Part shown: in pieces, positions 47,446-60,134 of the stretch
Layout of the letters: each line of letters starts with the position of its first letter
How positions within the stretch are numbered: the first letter of the stretch is position 1
Source of the DNA: Mobula hypostoma
Lineage: Eukaryota
Assembly (NCBI RefSeq): GCF_963921235.1
Contig: NC_086097.1
Location: forward strand, 42,966,001-43,030,000
Reading direction: 5' to 3'
DNA length: 64,000 bases
Notes under the pieces: generated by a model
What the model saw: the letters and a program-made list of their open reading frames with translations, nothing else
The model's database searches: none
Told to the model about the DNA's origin: nothing
Translations under genes and position numbers: made by a program

Positions 47446-48784
47446 CTGCAAACATAATTGCAAATTTGCTTATTAAAATTAAAGATACACATTGATGTTA
47501 TATTTTGTTGAACAGACAAAAATTACATTATGAGCACTAATCCTCAATGAAGTAAAAGCCAACTTGTTCGCTCCCATTACAATTTGGTCTCCCAATTTAC
47601 CTTTGCAATTTATCTTAAACCCTATTACAGTCATTTGGCATTTTGAGGTATATGGCAGCAACTAAGGGATTGAGATCAATACTGAAACGGAATGAGAAGC
47701 AAGGGCCAAAAATGGGAGACAATCCATACTCTAAAATAAATCTTACCTTAAATTACAATGTGAGGTAAATGAGAAAGCGATATAGATAACAGTTCTGTTT
47801 GCTTCATGTGGAGTCCCAATACTTCTACAAATCTCACCTCACTGAAAGAAGCTTCATGCACCTCTGAGTTTACATGACTAATGCTGGATGACCCTAACCA
47901 TCTGAATGCTGGCTCCTGTGATAACATGGAATTTTATCCCCAATAACAGATCTGCCTTTCCAGGTTGGATCAGTAAATTGGACTGTGGAATACCACAGCC
48001 ATACTGAACTCAGTTCATAGACAGGAGACATGTCATTGACTCTACCATTTAATGTCACTCGATCCCACATTTTCGCTACCATTTCAGTGTTTTCAAAACT
48101 GCAGGTTCTTTGCTTTAAATCCTTGCATCATTGTTTCTTTTACCCATCTCCTAAAATTGATATCTGTTAGTTGCTGATACATATCTCAGTAGAACTGGTT
48201 TTACTTTGTTTACTGAACCATAACATACTGATGGGTAATCTAGAAAATTTACTGTCTATCATCTCTGCTCAAAAAGAAAAGCTTAATTCTTTCCACTGCA
48301 ACATGACTCAGCATAAAAGAAACTGGAATTGAAAAGCTGTATCAGAAAATGAAAATAACTCTGGGGCTAAACTTAAGTAGTCCCTAAATTGGGAGAGCAG
48401 GAAGTCTCAGCTTTTACACGTCCGAAATGAGAACAATTTGATCAGACTTTGCGCCATACAAATTTAATCTGCAGTGGACCTTCGCTGTTATTGAAGATAC
48501 AAATCAAGGTGTGTTTGCTTCCCACCCCTTCCAACACTTTCACCTCGAACACTCAGAATTTCCAACCATCTTACTTATGGGATGCAAATAACCCAATTTT
48601 TAAAACCCTAAACCCTTCAACCATTTTAACAAATCATTGGTTGCCAAACTTTTACAACTTTGCTTGAAGGAGGTTAAAGTTTCTCTCAGCATATACTTGT
48701 GTGATGTTGATCATTAGAAAACTACTGAGAATGTTATGCACATTTCTTGTCACGAATAATAGGCAAATTTTCCAGTTGGCGTAC

Positions 48785-48860
48785 ATTGTTTCGTCGCACG
48801 TCTGACTGCATTCCTGGACCGCTGACTCCACCATTGATTGCTCTATCATGTTACAACTCA
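48785..48860 (-). CDS. POLE2: POLE2 exon 3
   Basis: SCNMIEQSMVESAVQECSQTCDET; 76 nt, cag/gtacgc. Confidence 0.95.
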
Positions 48861-49284
48861 CTGAAAAACAGAAGAGTACAAATCAAAGGGTTGGCTTTTC
48901 TTCCTTTACCTACAATGTTTTGTTTTACAGAATAGGCAGATTTACCGGACCCAAGATCTTGGTGCTCAGCCTGTTCTGGGCTCCCAGATATCCATGATTT
49001 TAAATTGCACTCTGTTTTCATCCACCATCAGCAATTGTCACATCTTACCACTACTCCCCCTCAGCCGCACCACCAAACAGCTCTGCTCCCTCTCCTCCTT
49101 CACGATGCTCCTTTGGCCAAGCATTTCTTCACGGCCCTGACATTAGTTGATGCCGCAATGTAAAATTTTGTTTTACAATGCTTCATTGAAACATGTCAGC
49201 ATATTTATCATATTAAAAGCAAGTCCACACTATTGGTATTGTTTACATTTCTGCTTACAATAGTGTGCACGCAACTTCCTGGTT

Positions 49285-49370
49285 GGCATACATTTCATAG
49301 TCATAGTCATAGTCATACTTTATTGATCCCAGGGGGAAATTGGTTTTCGTTCCCAGGGGGAAATTGGTTT
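49285..49370 (-). mobile_element. Ultra-short Rex1/Babar 3' stub with internal duplication
   Basis: (catagt)n tail plus tttattgatcccagggggaaattggttttcgt, the reverse complement of the 13590-13640 end. Confidence 0.7.
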
Positions 49371-49630
49371 AACTCAAAGGTAAAGAAAGTCACTGTGCAG
49401 ATCCTGAATTTTGGAATTTCCAGATGTATCCAAGGCTAATTTTCAACATAGATTTACAGATCCAAAAGCAACTCTGGGTCAAATACACCGAATTCCAAAA
49501 CCTAATTCTTACTATTGCAATCAATGCAAACTTATTTCCATTTTAAAAGATTACAAGAAATCTGAGCCATTCATTTCACTCCACATCAAACTCGGTCCAG
49601 AAATGCTCAGTACCTTCAAGAACAACTTAC

Positions 49631-49731
49631 ATGGCTGCTTTTCTACTGCATCAACAATACGTTCGATTGTATCTTCAAGCTCTGACTCGCTGACTGATTC
49701 CAGGACATCCACGAGAAATTTGGCAGCATTA
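49631..49731 (-). CDS. POLE2: POLE2 exon 2
   Basis: NAAKFLVDVLESVSESELEDTIERIVDAVEKQP; 101 nt, cag/gtaagt. Confidence 0.95.
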
Positions 49732-50021
49732 CTGATCAGAGAAATAAAAGCAGAAAATTTTGAAAGTTTTACTAATTACTGGAGGAATGCAGACATAATT
49801 CGTTTAGCATTATTAAGATCAGGGCCTTTAGGGATCAAAACGTGGCCTTTGAATGGAGGAAAAGTTCCTAGCAAACTGAAATACAATGCCAATGTTATAG
49901 TTGAGGAGGAAGAGTGTGAAATGTTAGGTGGGGCAAACTTAATAAGATGAACACACACCGTACTTGTGCACTGTTTGTCCCACTCCCACCAGGTGGAGGC
50001 TACGTAGCATCCACACCAGGA

Positions 50022-50410
50022 CCTTACTTACTGTCCATTATGCTGCTGGCATTTAAGGCATCAATGAAGGTCCTCCATCTCTGATGATGTTCAGGACTTC
50101 CTTCATCAAGTCAGTAGCTTCTTCTTGGTTTTCACCACAGTCAGTCATGCAAGCCCCGGGTGGAGACTCAGGAACACTTCCGCACTCAGATGCAGGAAGA
50201 ATCTTCATTGCTGTTTCCGTAACAATTTATTTTACCAGTTAGGGTTGCTAGCCCTGAGCTGAACCCCGAACCTGGTCTCCCTCTTAGTCTGGCCTCTACC
50301 CTTTGACCTGTTTGGCATGGGTGACCCTACCAAGAGCCAGCATAGTTCTCTGGGTCATTGGGACACGCAAGCCTCCAAACCCTACGACAAGGTTGTGGTT
50401 CTCTAGGATG
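50022..50410 (-). mobile_element. RTE-associated SINE-like repeat
   Basis: (taag)n-like tail and RTE-type UTR-like sequence; family assignment is inferred. Confidence 0.4.
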
Positions 50411-51319
50411 ACACCAGGACCACCAGACTCAAAATCAGTTACTTTCCCCAAGCAGTAAGGCTGATCAAGACCTTCACCCACTAACCCACCCCTCCATGCC
50501 CTCAACCACCATTACTTTACTATTTTCTGTCAGTCACTGTATGTATAGACACTCCTGAGTCCAAGCATCACTTTATGGGCACACAATCAATCTATTTATA
50601 CAAGCTGTCTTATGTGTTTATATTTATTGTATTTTTAAATTAGTATTATTGTGTTCCTTATCTTATTATGGTTTTTTTTGTACTGCATCGGAACCAGAGC
50701 CACAATTATTTTGTTCTCCTTTTACACGGTGTACAGGAAGTGACATTAAAAAATCTTGAATCTTGAAGGCTGCTTAATCCTGAAAACAGATGAAGAACCA
50801 GGCCCATGTTAAATATACTGTCATCTGATAAGAGATGCAAAGGAATAGATTTTAGAAACTGATCATCATTTTTTAATCCTTCTAAGCTACAGGAATGATC
50901 CCAATGCTACTAATGTACATTTTATTTAAAATGGAAGAGAGGAATCGTTTAAGAGTGAAGGGCAAATTACTGCAATCAATCCTTAAGAAAGGTATAGACA
51001 TTTATTTAGAAGGGACATTGAATGTGAATTTGTCAAGGGAAAGTTTTGCTCAACTAACTTGAAACAGCTTTTTTCTTGAGGAAGTAACAAGGAAAAGTCG
51101 ATGAGATCAATGCACATGTAGTCTACATGGATTTTACCAAAACTCACAAGTCCAAGATGGCAAGCTTGTGTAACAGGTAAAGTTCCTGGATTTTCATAGG
51201 AGAGTGTTGTGATGGTCTAGGGACCAGGATCTGATCACGACCTCTGGTGTTGTTAATACAAAGCTTGCATGTCCTTTCTATGATATGCAAGAAAGGATAT
51301 CTTGCATATCATAGAAAGG

Positions 51320-51950
51320 ACCTGGTCCCAACACATCGATGCAGTTATTAAGAAGGCAAGACAGCGGCTATACTTCATTAGGAATTTGAAGAGATTTGGT
51401 ATGTCAACAAACACACTCAAAAACCGTGGTGAGCATTCTGACAGGCTGCATCACGATCTGGTATGGGCAGGGGCTACAGCACAGGACCAAAAGAAGCTGT
51501 AGAGGGTTGTAAGTTTGGTTGGTTCCATCTTGGGTGCTAGCCTACAAAGTACCCAGGACATCTTCAGGGAGCAGTGTCTCAGAAAGGCAGCGTCCATTAT
51601 TAAGGACCTCCAGCACCCAGGGCATGCCCTTTTCTCACTGTTACCATCAGGTAGGAGGTGCAGAAGCCTGAAGCCACACACTCAGTGAATCAGGAACAGC
51701 TTCTTCCCCTCTGCCATCCGATTCCTGAATGGACATTGAACCCTTGGACACTATCTCACTTTTTTAATAATAATTATTTCTGTTTTTTTGCATGATTTTT
51801 AATCTATTCAATACACATATACTGTAATTGATGTACTTATTTATCATTTTATTGTTTTTTTTCTATATTATGTATTGCATTGCACTGCTGCTGCTAAGTT
51901 ATCAAATTTCATGACAAATGCCGGTGATAATAAAGCTGATTCTGATTCTG
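51320..51950 (+). mobile_element. Rex1/Babar LINE 3' fragment
   Basis: KKARQRLYFIRNLKRFG...HPGHALFSLLPSGRR; ctgattctga tail. Confidence 0.85.
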
Positions 51951-52715
51951 ACTACATCGATTTCCACTGGGGGCTGCCATTTCCTCCCACAGCCCAAAAG
52001 ATGCTCGAGTATGCAAGTTATCCTTCAGTGTAGGTTAATGGCAAAATAAATCACAGGAGATTTTATGAGCACGTAGAAGAACAAGCTGTGGGGCCTAGGG
52101 GAAATTGGAGAGGAGGAATGGGACTGAGGTCTGCGCCCCAGGATCCTGCACATGCTGGATGCTTTCTTCTTTGGTTATGAACAAGCCGAAGATGAGAAAC
52201 TGGATCTAAATTCGCCTCAGCAGAAAGGTACGGTAATTGTAATTTTTGATGGGCTGTTACCAGTGTGATTTCACTGTGCTCAGTACCCAGTTCCTTGCTT
52301 ACATTGTATACTGCTGATATAGACTTGTCTGAAAGCACAGTAAAGAGGCTTACAGCAAATGGCCACGTTAATTATGACGAGACAGACTTTGAATTAGAGA
52401 AATGTATAGAAAAGTGGCATGTGAAATTCAGTCCAGGTAAGTGTGAGGCAATGCTAAATAAGTACCAGGATAACGATCGCTAAGGAGAAATGGAGAGACC
52501 TTGTATATGTACAAATCCTTAAGGTGGATCAATAAGGTGGTTAAAACAGTGTATTGAGTGCTTTCTCATATGAGGTGAGAGGCAGAAGACAGGAGTGGGG
52601 GGTTTGAAAGAACCGTACACAGTACAGGGCTAGCTAGACCATATCACTGAAAGATTACACTGGGGAGAGTATAGAGGATGCTGAGAAGGACATCGCTAGG
52701 ATTGGTCAATTAGAG

Positions 52716-52910
52716 CAGTGGTCCCCAACCACTGGGCCGCGAAGAAACGATATGATTTGGCGATATGAAACGATATGAGTCAGCTGCACTTTTCCTCATT
52801 CCCTGTCATGCACAGTTGAACTTGAACAACCCCCCCCCCCACCCCATTGGCCGGTCTGCAAGAGCAATATTAAACCGGTCCACGGTGCAAAAAAAGGTTG
52901 GAGACCCCTG
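52716..52910. mobile_element. hAT (Charlie-like) MITE
   Basis: TIRs CAGTGGTCCCCAACC / GGTTGGAGACCCCTG; 8-bp TSD AATTAGAG/AATTATAG. Confidence 0.85.
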
Positions 52911-55311
52911 AATTATAGGCTGAGGAAAGTAAGGCCTATGAAATTATGGGGGACCTGGGTGGATTACCACCTTTTACCCATTCTCACTGATTTTGTAACA
53001 CCATCAGTGCCCAAGCTGGCCAGTTGTACAGGATACGATTGCCAGACTGTGCCTGCAGCAAGTACTGAGTGAACCACACAGGGGATACTTTTACTTGACT
53101 TTGTCCTTGTCTATCTACTGCTGACAGATACATCAATCCATGACAGCATTGGTAGGAGAGATCACTGCACAAATGTTGAGGAGATATTAGTCCCATCATG
53201 TGTCCTAACATCAAAATGAGATGAACTCAAACCATATTCCAACTCAAAATGAGGCAGTCATGGTCAGCTCTGGAACATCAGTAACTCCAGCGTTGTATCC
53301 AGAATGTCTGTCAGTCGGTGGAGAGTATATTAGCTGTTGCATCATGGCTGGTGTGGAAACGCCGATGCCCAGGAATGGAGATGGCCGCAGAAAGTGGTGG
53401 ATGCAGCCCAGTCCATCACAGGCAAATCTCTCCCCATCACTGAGAGCACTGCCACAAGAAAGCAGCATCTATCAAAGACCCACACCATCTATGCCATGCT
53501 CCCTTCCCGCTAATACCATTGAACAGGAGATACGGAAGTCTTAGGTCCCACACAACCAGATCCAAGAACAGGTACTACTCTATAGCCATCAGGCTCCTGA
53601 ACCAGCGTGGATAACCTTATGCACCACCACTCTGAACTGACTCTACAACCTGCGCACTCACTTTCAGGGACTCACGCTGTCAGTGTTACTTTATTTATTT
53701 ATACAGTTTTGTCTTCTTTTGCACATTGGTTGTTTGACTGTGTTTATCTACAGCTTTTCATGAAATTCCATTGTATTTCCTCCCCCACCCCATAAATGAC
53801 TGTAAGAAAATGAATCACAAGGCAGTATATAGTAACATGCAGAATAAGTTCTTTGATAATCAATTTACTTTGAACGTTTGAACTTTGAACTCTTGATCCA
53901 CTGTCATCAAGGAGCCAAAATGTCCATCCTTGGTCAACTAAGTTTTGTAGTGAGGCACGGAAGGAGCTGCAGCAGGTATGAAGTCTCAAAGAGAAGCTGC
54001 ACGTGCAGATGTACAAGAAACAGAACCAGACAATCCCATAACCAACAGACCAGATGAAAGCTCTGCAGTCCTGCCACTTGGAATTATGACTTTGTGATCA
54101 ATCAAACAAAAGCCAACTTGTAAAACATTTAAATCCTGAATGATGTTGGGATCCAGCATGTGAGTATGAAAGACATGGCTGAAACAGTTGTGATCAATTT
54201 TAGGCAGAAACATCGAGTAGATGATCTAACTCAGCCTCCATCCTGGATACATAACACCTACTTTCACAGAACACAGTATCCAGCCAATTCAATCCATTCC
54301 TAGAAAGCACTGAAGACAGCAAACGATATGGGCCCAAACAACAACCTGGCTGCAATACTGATCACCTACCCTATAGAACCAGCTACACCTCTAATCATGC
54401 TCTTCCAGTACAACTAAAATACTGTGACCAACTTAATAATGTGAAAAATTGCCTAAGTATGCACTGTTTATAAAAATAGGGCAAATTTATCTAGCTAACT
54501 TCCAGTCTACTATTAATCATTAGCAAAATGATATAAAGTGTCATCAGTAGGAGCTGTCAAGTTCAAAGGTTTACTTTATTGTCAAAGTATGCATGTACAA
54601 TATAACTCTGATATTCGTCTTCCCCAGTTAGCCATGAAATACAGAAAACCTGTGGATATTGTGCAAGAAGACATCACCCCATCGCACGAAAAAGAAAAAC
54701 AAACTAAACTTGCAAACCCCAACCCCCCCCCGCCTCTCCCCCACACAAAAAACAAACAGATGGCTCACACGGAAAAAAAAGCGGCTAGAACATTAAACCC
54801 CAACCCCCTCCCTCACACAAAAACCAACTGATCACCCACATGGAAAATGGCAGCCAGAACACCAAACCCCAAATCCCCAATGATCATCAATAATCTGCTT
54901 GCAGTTACTTGGTTTCTCCAAGGTCAGTTAGATCCAGGCCTCACTGGCCAAAACAGAATTCTAGAGGAAAGACTGAATGCACTTGATGCAAAGGCAGCAT
55001 TTGATTACTCATAGCATTAAAGAGCACGAGCACAATGAGGGAAAACAATCCAATGGTTGGAGATTTACCTCAAAAAAGGGAACATGATGGTGATTGTTGG
55101 AGGTTAATCATCCCAGTCAAGATATTGCTGCAGGAGTTCCCCCTGTATACTATCCAAAGCACACGTATCTTCATCTATCTTCCACCAGAAGATAAAAAGT
55201 GAGGATGTCCACTGATGATTGCACACTCCATAAAAAGCAAAGTAACCCAAGCCGGTACACAGCAAGACTTAAACAGCGCTCAGGCATTGGCTGATAAATA
55301 GCATCTAATAT

Positions 55312-55775
55312 TCAGAATCAGAAGCATGCTTATTATCACCGGCGTGTGTCATGAAATTTGTTAACTTAGCAGCAGAAGTTCAATGCAATACATAATATAG
55401 AAGAAAAAAACAAAATAAAATAATAATTATAAATAATCAATTACAGTATACGTATATTGAATAGATTAAAAATCATGCAAAAAACAGAAATAATACACAT
55501 TAAAAAAGTGAGGTAGTGTCCAAGGGTTCAATGTCCATTCAGGAATCGGATGGCAGAAGGGAAGAAGCTGTTCCTGAATCGCTGAGTGTGTGCCTTTAGG
55601 CTTCTGTACCTCCTACCAGATGGTAACAGTGAAAAAAGGGCATGCCCTGGGTGCTGGAGGTCCTTAATAATGCATGCTGCCTTTCTGAGACACTGCTCCT
55701 TGAAGATGTCCTGGGTACTTTGTAGGCTAGTACCCAAGATGGCGCTGACTAGATTTACAACCTTCTGTAGCTTCT
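55312..55775 (-). mobile_element. Rex1/Babar LINE 3' fragment (inverted twin of 51470-51950)
   Basis: HPGHALFSLLPSGRRYRSLKAHTQRFRNSFFPSAIRFLNGH. Confidence 0.85.
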
Positions 55776-56164
55776 GTGCAGTTGCCACCCCCCCCATACC
55801 AAACAGTGACGCAACATTAATGTCCCCGTACCCTTCACCGCTGAGACCAACTGTTAACATTCTATGGGTCACCAATGACCAGAAACTCACCTGGATCGGC
55901 TGCACAAATACCTTAACTAATGAGCAGATCAGAAGCTGGGTATCCTCCAGCAAGATCTGTTATATCTTACAGTCTATGTGACTCATCTTGTGATCCCAAA
56001 AGCCTTATTGTCACCTATACGACACACCAGGGGCATAAAGGAATATCTTCCATTTGTCTGGATGAGTGCAACTCCAACAAGCTCTACACTATCACTATCC
56101 AAGACAAAGAAGCCTACAAAATGCCTTCAATATTCTAACTCCTAGCAAACAAACACATTACCAA

Positions 56165-57005
56165 ACACCAGACCCTGGGAGTCAATGTCTCCTTTCGCAA
56201 CTGGATCCTTGACTTCCAGGCCGACAGACCACAATCAGAAAGGATAGGCAGGAACAGCTCTCCCATGATTATTTTAAACACCGGTGCTCCACAAGTTTGT
56301 GTCTGCAGCTCTCTACTCTACTCCCTGTACCCTCCAGGCTGTGTGGCCAGATTCTGCCCTAACTCCATCTACAGGTTTGGAAATGCTACTACTGTCATGG
56401 GACACAGCTCAAATAACAATGAGTCAGAGTACAGGAAGGAGGCAGAGAGCTTGGTGACATGGTGCCATGACAACAACCTTTCCCTCAATGTCAGCAAAAT
56501 GAAAGAGCAGGTCATTGACTTGGGGGAGTGGGGTGGGGGGGTCGACATGATCCTGTCTACGTCAGCAGTGTTGAGGTTGAGAGTTGAGATCTTCACGTTC
56601 CTAGTAGTAAACATAACAAAAGCCTTTGCTAGCCCAGCCACGTTGATGTTACAGCTATTAAAGCTCTTCAACGCCTCTACCTCCTCAGGAGGCAAAAGAA
56701 ATTTGGCATGTCTCAGTCGACCCTTACCAATTTTTATCTATGCACCTGCAGAACCACTTCTACGTAGAAGATACAAAAGCACATACCACCAGGCTCAAGG
56801 ATAGCTCCTATCCTACTGTTATTAAATTGTTAACAGACCTCTTGTAGAATAAGATGGAGTCTTGACCTCACCATCTATCTCACTATGATCTTGCACTACA
56901 TTGTTTACCTACACTCTACCTTCTTTGTAGTTTTTACAGTTTATTCTGCATTGTAATTGTTTTATCTTGCTCTAGCTCAATGCATTGTCTGATTATTTGA
57001 CCTGT
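56165..57005 (+). mobile_element. Decayed Rex1/Babar LINE (3' UTR continues at 59931-59995)
   Basis: LNTGAPQVCV...WCHDNNLSLNVSK. Confidence 0.75.
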
Positions 57006-57007
57006 AT

Positions 57008-59930
57008 AAACATAGAAACATAGAAAATAGGTGCAGGAGTAGGCCATTCGGCCCTTCGAGCCTGCACCGCCATTTATTATGATCATGACTGATCATCCAA
57101 CTCAGAACCCCGCCCCAGCCTTCCCTCCATACCCCCTGACCCCTGTAGCCACAAGGGCCATATCTAACTCCCTCTTAAACACAGCCAATGAACTGGCCTC
57201 AACTGTTTCCTGTGGCAGAGAATTCCACAGATTCACCACTCTCTGTGTGAAGAAGTTTTTCCTAATCTCGGTCCTAAAAGGCTTCCCCTCTATCCTCAAA
57301 CTGTGGCCCCTCGTTCTGGACTTCCCCAACATCGGGAACAATCTTCCTGCCCCTTTAGGATTTTATACGTTTCAATCAGATCCCCCCTCAATCTTCTAAA
57401 TTCCAACGAGTACAAGCCCAGTTCATCCAGTCTTTCTTCATATGAAAGTCCTGCCATCTCAGGAATCAATCTGGTGAACCTTCTTTGTACTCCCTCTATG
57501 GCAAGGATGTCTTTCCTCAGATTAGGGGACCAAAACTGCACACAATACTCCAGGTGTGGTCTCACCAAGGCCTTGTACAACTGCATTAGTACCTCCCTGC
57601 TCCTGTACTCAAATCCTCTCGCTATAAATGCCAGCATACCATTCGCCTTTTTCACCGCCTGCTGTACCTGCATGCCCACTTTCAATGACTGGTGTATAAT
57701 GACACCCAGGTCTCGTTGCACCTTCCCTTTTCCTAATCGGCCACCATTCAGATAATAATCTGTTTTCCTATTTTTGCCACCAAAGTGGATAACTTCACAT
57801 TTATCCACATTAAATTGCATCTGCCGTGAATTTGCCCACTCACCCAACCTATCCAAGTCACCCTGCATCCTCTTAGCATCCTCCTCAACAGCTAACACTG
57901 CCACCCAGCTTTGTGTCATCCGCAAACTTGGAGATGCTGCATTTAATTCCCTCATCCAAGTCATTAATATATATTGTAAACAACTGGGGTCCCAGCACTG
58001 AGCCTTGCGGTACCCCACTAGTCACCGCCTGCCATTCTGAAAAGGTCCCGTTTATTCCCACTCTTTGCTTCCTGTCTGCTAACCAATTCTCCACCCACAC
58101 CAATACCTTACCCCCAATACCGTGTGCTTTAAGTTTGCACACTAATCTCCTGTGTGGGACCTTGTCAAAAGCCTTTTGAAAATCCAAATATACCACATCC
58201 ACTGGTTCTCCCCTATCCACTCTACTAGTTACATCCTCAAAAAATTCTATGAGATTCGTCAGACATGATTTTCCTTTCACAAATCCATGCTGACTTTGTC
58301 CGATGATCTCACCGCTTTCCAAATGTGCTGTTATCACATCCTTGATAACTGACTCCAGCAGTTTCCCCACCACCGACGTTAGGCTAACCGGTCTATAATT
58401 CCCCAGTTTCTCTCTCCCTCCTTTTTTAAAAAGTGGGGTTACATTAGCCACCCTCCAATCCTCAGGAACTAGTCCAGAATCTAACGAGTTTTGAAAAATT
58501 ATCACTAATGCATCCACTATTTCTTGGGCTACTTCCTTAAGCACTCTAGGATGCAGACCATCTGGCCCTGGGGATTTTTCTGCCTTCAATCCCTTCAATT
58601 TACCTAACACCACTTCCCTACTAACATGTATTTCGCTCAGTTCCTCCATCTCACTGGACCCTCTGTCCCCTACTATTTCTGGAAGATTATTTATGTCCTC
58701 CTTAGTGAAGACAGAACCAAAGTAATTATTCAATTGGTCTGCCATGTCCTTGCTCCCCATAATCAATTCACCTGTTTCTGTCTGCAGGGGACCTACATTT
58801 GTCTTTACCAGTCTTTTCCTTTTTACATATCTATAAAAGCTTTTACAGTCGGTTTTTATGTTCCCTGCCAGTTTTCTCTCATAATCTTTTTTCCCCTTCC
58901 TAATTAAGCCCTTTGTCCTCCTCTGCTGAACTCTGAATTTCTCCCAGTCCTCAGGTGAGCCACTTTCTCTGGCTAACTTGTATGCTTCTTCTTTGGAATT
59001 GATACTATCTCTAATTTCTCTTGTCAGCCACGGGTGCACTACCTTCCTTGATTTATTCTTTTGCCAAACTGGGATGAACAATTGTTGTAGTTCATCCATG
59101 CAACCTTTAAATGCTTGCCATTGCATATCCACCGTCAATCCTTTAAGTGTCATTTGCCAGTCTATCTTAGCTAATTCACGTCTCATACCTTCAAAGTTAC
59201 CCCTCTTTAAGTTCAGAACCTTTGTTTCTGAATTAACTATGTCACTCTCCATCTTAATGAAGAATTCCACCATATTATGGTCACTTTTACCCAAGGGGCC
59301 TCTCACGACAAGATCGCTAATTAACCCTTCCTCATCGCTCAAAACCCAGTCTAGAATAGCCTGCTCTCTAGTTGGTTCCTCGACATGTTGGTTCAAAAAA
59401 CCATCCCGCATACATTCCAAGAAATCCTCTTCCTTAGCACCTTTACCAATTTGGTTCACCCAATCTACATGTAGATTGAAGTCACCCATTATAACTGCTG
59501 TTCCTTTATTGCACACATTTCTAATTTCCTGTTCAATACCATCTCCGACCTATTACTGTTAGGTGGCCTGTACACAACTCCCACCAGCGTCTTCTGCCCC
59601 TTAGTGTTACGCAGCTCTACCCATATCGATTCCACATCTTCCCGGCTTATGTCCTTCCTTTCTATTGCGTTAATCTCTTCTTTAACCAGCAACACCACCC
59701 CACCTCCCCTTCCTTCATGTCTATCCCTCCTGAATATTGAATATCCCTGAACGTTGAGCTCCCATCCCTGGTCACCCTGGAGCCATGTCTCTGTGATCCC
59801 AACTATATCATAATCATTAATAACAATCTGCACTTTCAATTCATCCACCTTATTACGAATGCTCCTTGCATTGACACACAAAGCCTTCAGGCGCTCTTTT
59901 ACAACTCTCTTAGCCCTTATACAATTATGT
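57008..59930 (-). mobile_element. Young CR1 LINE spanning almost all of ORF2 (APE endonuclease + RT), frameshifted
   Basis: NARSIRNK, GITETWL, GVVYRPP, GDFN, SDHN, RT motifs; TATAAACA duplication at 57005-57012 / 59931-59938. Confidence 0.93.
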
Positions 59931-60134
59931 TATAAACAGTATGTAAGACAAGCTTTTCACTGTATCCTGGTATATGTGACAATAAACTAATACCAAAACT
60001 TGACACATTCCCCATTGATCTGTTTAAGTATTCATTCCCTCCACCACTGGTTCAGTATACAATACTGGGGTTAAATGATGGGGCTTCCCACCCAATTGAA
60101 ATTATAGTGAATTCATTAAACCTACTAAGTTCAG

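Noticed and set aside
49411-49950. 179-aa plus-strand ORF
   Set aside because: It is an antisense overlap of POLE2 exon 2 and AT-rich intron, has a non-ATG start and shows no motif
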